From NCBI GenBank assembly GCA_022600175.1, contig JAHZKW010000105.1:1-50638 (forward strand): 50,638 bases of DNA, in the 5' to 3' direction. The notes under the pieces were generated by a model that worked only from the letters and a program-made list of their open reading frames with translations, was not told where the DNA came from and made no database searches. A program made the translations under genes and the position numbers. Positions 49,379-50,638 of the stretch are shown piece after piece. How positions within the stretch are numbered: position 1 is the first letter of the stretch; the number at the start of each line of letters is the position of its first letter. The stretch is from Campylobacterota bacterium (GTDB lineage: Bacteria > Campylobacterota > Campylobacteria > Campylobacterales > QNZT01).

Positions 49379-50151
49379 TGCAAAATGCTTTTTTCGCCTC
49401 CTTTTTACTCTCAATCTCTATTGGTATTATCGGCTCTTTAATGCTGATTAATCGTTCACACTTTATTGCAGCTTCCATTGCACATGGAAGTTACGGTGGT
49501 ATTGGTATTGCGATCTACTTTGGTTTTTCTATTTTACTCTCTACTACTCTTTTTGCACTCTTTTTAGCACTTTTACTAGCCTTCATCACGTACCAATATA
49601 AAGAGAGAAGTGATACCCTCATAGGCGTTATTTGGGCGGTTGGGATGAGTATAGGTATTATTTTTACTGATTTGACACCAGGCTATCATGTTGATCTTAT
49701 GAGCTTTTTGTTTGGTGATATTTTGATGGTTGCGGATAGTGATATCCACTTTATGATGGGGGTAGATATACTCTTGATCCTCTCAATCATACTCTTATAT
49801 CATCGATTTTTAGCGATCTCTTATGATAGAGATTTTGCACTTATTCAAGGGCTAAGAGTCAAACTCATCTACACATTTTTGATGATCTTGATGGCACTCA
49901 CAGTTGTGATGAGTATTCGATCGGTAGGGTTGATACTTGTCATTGCTCTTTTTAGTATTCCCCCTTTTGTTGCCGAAAAATTTACTATCGATCTTAAAAA
50001 TATGATACTACTTTCTATGGTGCTAGCATTTTCATTTTGCCTTGGTGGATTAGCACTCTCCTATCAGTTTGATCTCTCGGCAACCCCTTCCATCATAATC
50101 GTAGCAGCAACCTTCTTCTTTGGGTCACTTTTTTATAAAGGCAGGAGTTAA
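49366..50151 (+). CDS. znuB: Metal ABC transporter permease
   Basis: IAHGSYGG, LFGDIL and VGLILVIAL motifs. Confidence 0.9.
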   Translation: MFELMQNAFFASFLLSISIGIIGSLMLINRSHFIAASIAHGSYGGIGIAIYFGFSILLSTTLFALFLALLLAFITYQYKERSDTLIGVIWAVGMSIGIIFTDLTPGYHVDLMSFLFGDILMVADSDIHFMMGVDILLILSIILLYHRFLAISYDRDFALIQGLRVKLIYTFLMILMALTVVMSIRSVGLILVIALFSIPPFVAEKFTIDLKNMILLSMVLAFSFCLGGLALSYQFDLSATPSIIIVAATFFFGSLFYKGRS

Positions 50152-50152
50152 T

Positions 50153-50638
50153 ATGAAAGATATTGTCATTGCAGTGATTATTGGTGTTGTATTTTATCTA
50201 CTCTCTTTAATGAGTTTCACAACAGAACATGCACTACTTATTGGTGTAGTTGCATTTTTAGTGACGCTGTGGACAAATGCTGCACTACCATTAGGCGTTG
50301 TCTCCTTGATGCCTTTAATCCTTTTTCCTACATTCGGAATCATCGATACAAATCTTGTGGCACCAAACTATGCAAAAACAATCATCTTTCTCTTTATTGG
50401 TGGGTTTATGATGGCTATTGCTGTAGAAAAAATAGGACTCCATAAATATTTGAGTGCCAAACTACTCTCCTATTTTCCTAAAACAGCTCGTGGTATTATC
50501 TATGCTTTAGCCATTACAGCAGCACTTCTAAGTGCCCTACTCTCCAATACAACTATCACACTCATGTTGATGCCAATTGGTCTATATCTCACCCAGAACA
50601 TACAACTCAAAATAAGATTTTTACTTGCTATCGCTTAT
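50153..50638 (+). CDS. SLC13/DASS family anion transporter (partial, runs off the window)
   Basis: Manual translation MKDIVIAV...LPLGVVSL...IFLFIGGFMMAIAVEK.GLH...LSALLSNTT; AGGAG SD. Confidence 0.85.
   Translation, partial: MKDIVIAVIIGVVFYLLSLMSFTTEHALLIGVVAFLVTLWTNAALPLGVVSLMPLILFPTFGIIDTNLVAPNYAKTIIFLFIGGFMMAIAVEKIGLHKYLSAKLLSYFPKTARGIIYALAITAALLSALLSNTTITLMLMPIGLYLTQNIQLKIRFLLAIAY

Noticed and set aside
1-50638. CRISPR array, rRNA, transposase, integrase or prophage genes
   Set aside because: No regularly spaced repeats or matching ORF motifs were seen by eye.

Overview
AT-rich bacterial chromosome segment, most likely from a free-living Campylobacterota (Epsilonproteobacteria) organism. 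This assignment is inferred from the lpxB/greA/cheV-cheAY-cheW/serB/tal and rplY-pth-lptF/G gene order, a Campylobacter-type pho box and a close M.HpyI-like methylase. From left to right the window holds: an aminotransferase; a permuted PhoX-like lipoprotein next to a 2xCxxCH lipoprotein; a DUF134-NifX-DUF4492-cydAB operon ending in an unannotated 41-aa membrane ORF; an ~8 kb defence island at the 3' end of tRNA-Glu(CTC); and then mostly housekeeping genes (gltA, nspC/CASDH, tandem FTR-like genes, lpxB, greA, argC, lpxH, che, metF, serB, tal, pilT/U, rplY, pth, lptF/G, znuA-pqiAABC-znuCB, a partial DASS transporter). The island carries a GIY-YIG/RAMA-like nuclease and a type I R-M system, hsdM-hsdS-[X]-hsdR. 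The best candidate for a novel system is gene X (12894-13898). It looks like a Ser1 proteasome-beta/Ntn-hydrolase-fold protein, occupies the slot where PrrC sits in EcoprrI, is translationally coupled on both sides, and is bracketed by an exact 17-bp direct repeat whose recombination would restore a clean hsdS-hsdR junction. All family calls come from motif recognition by eye; no searches were run.
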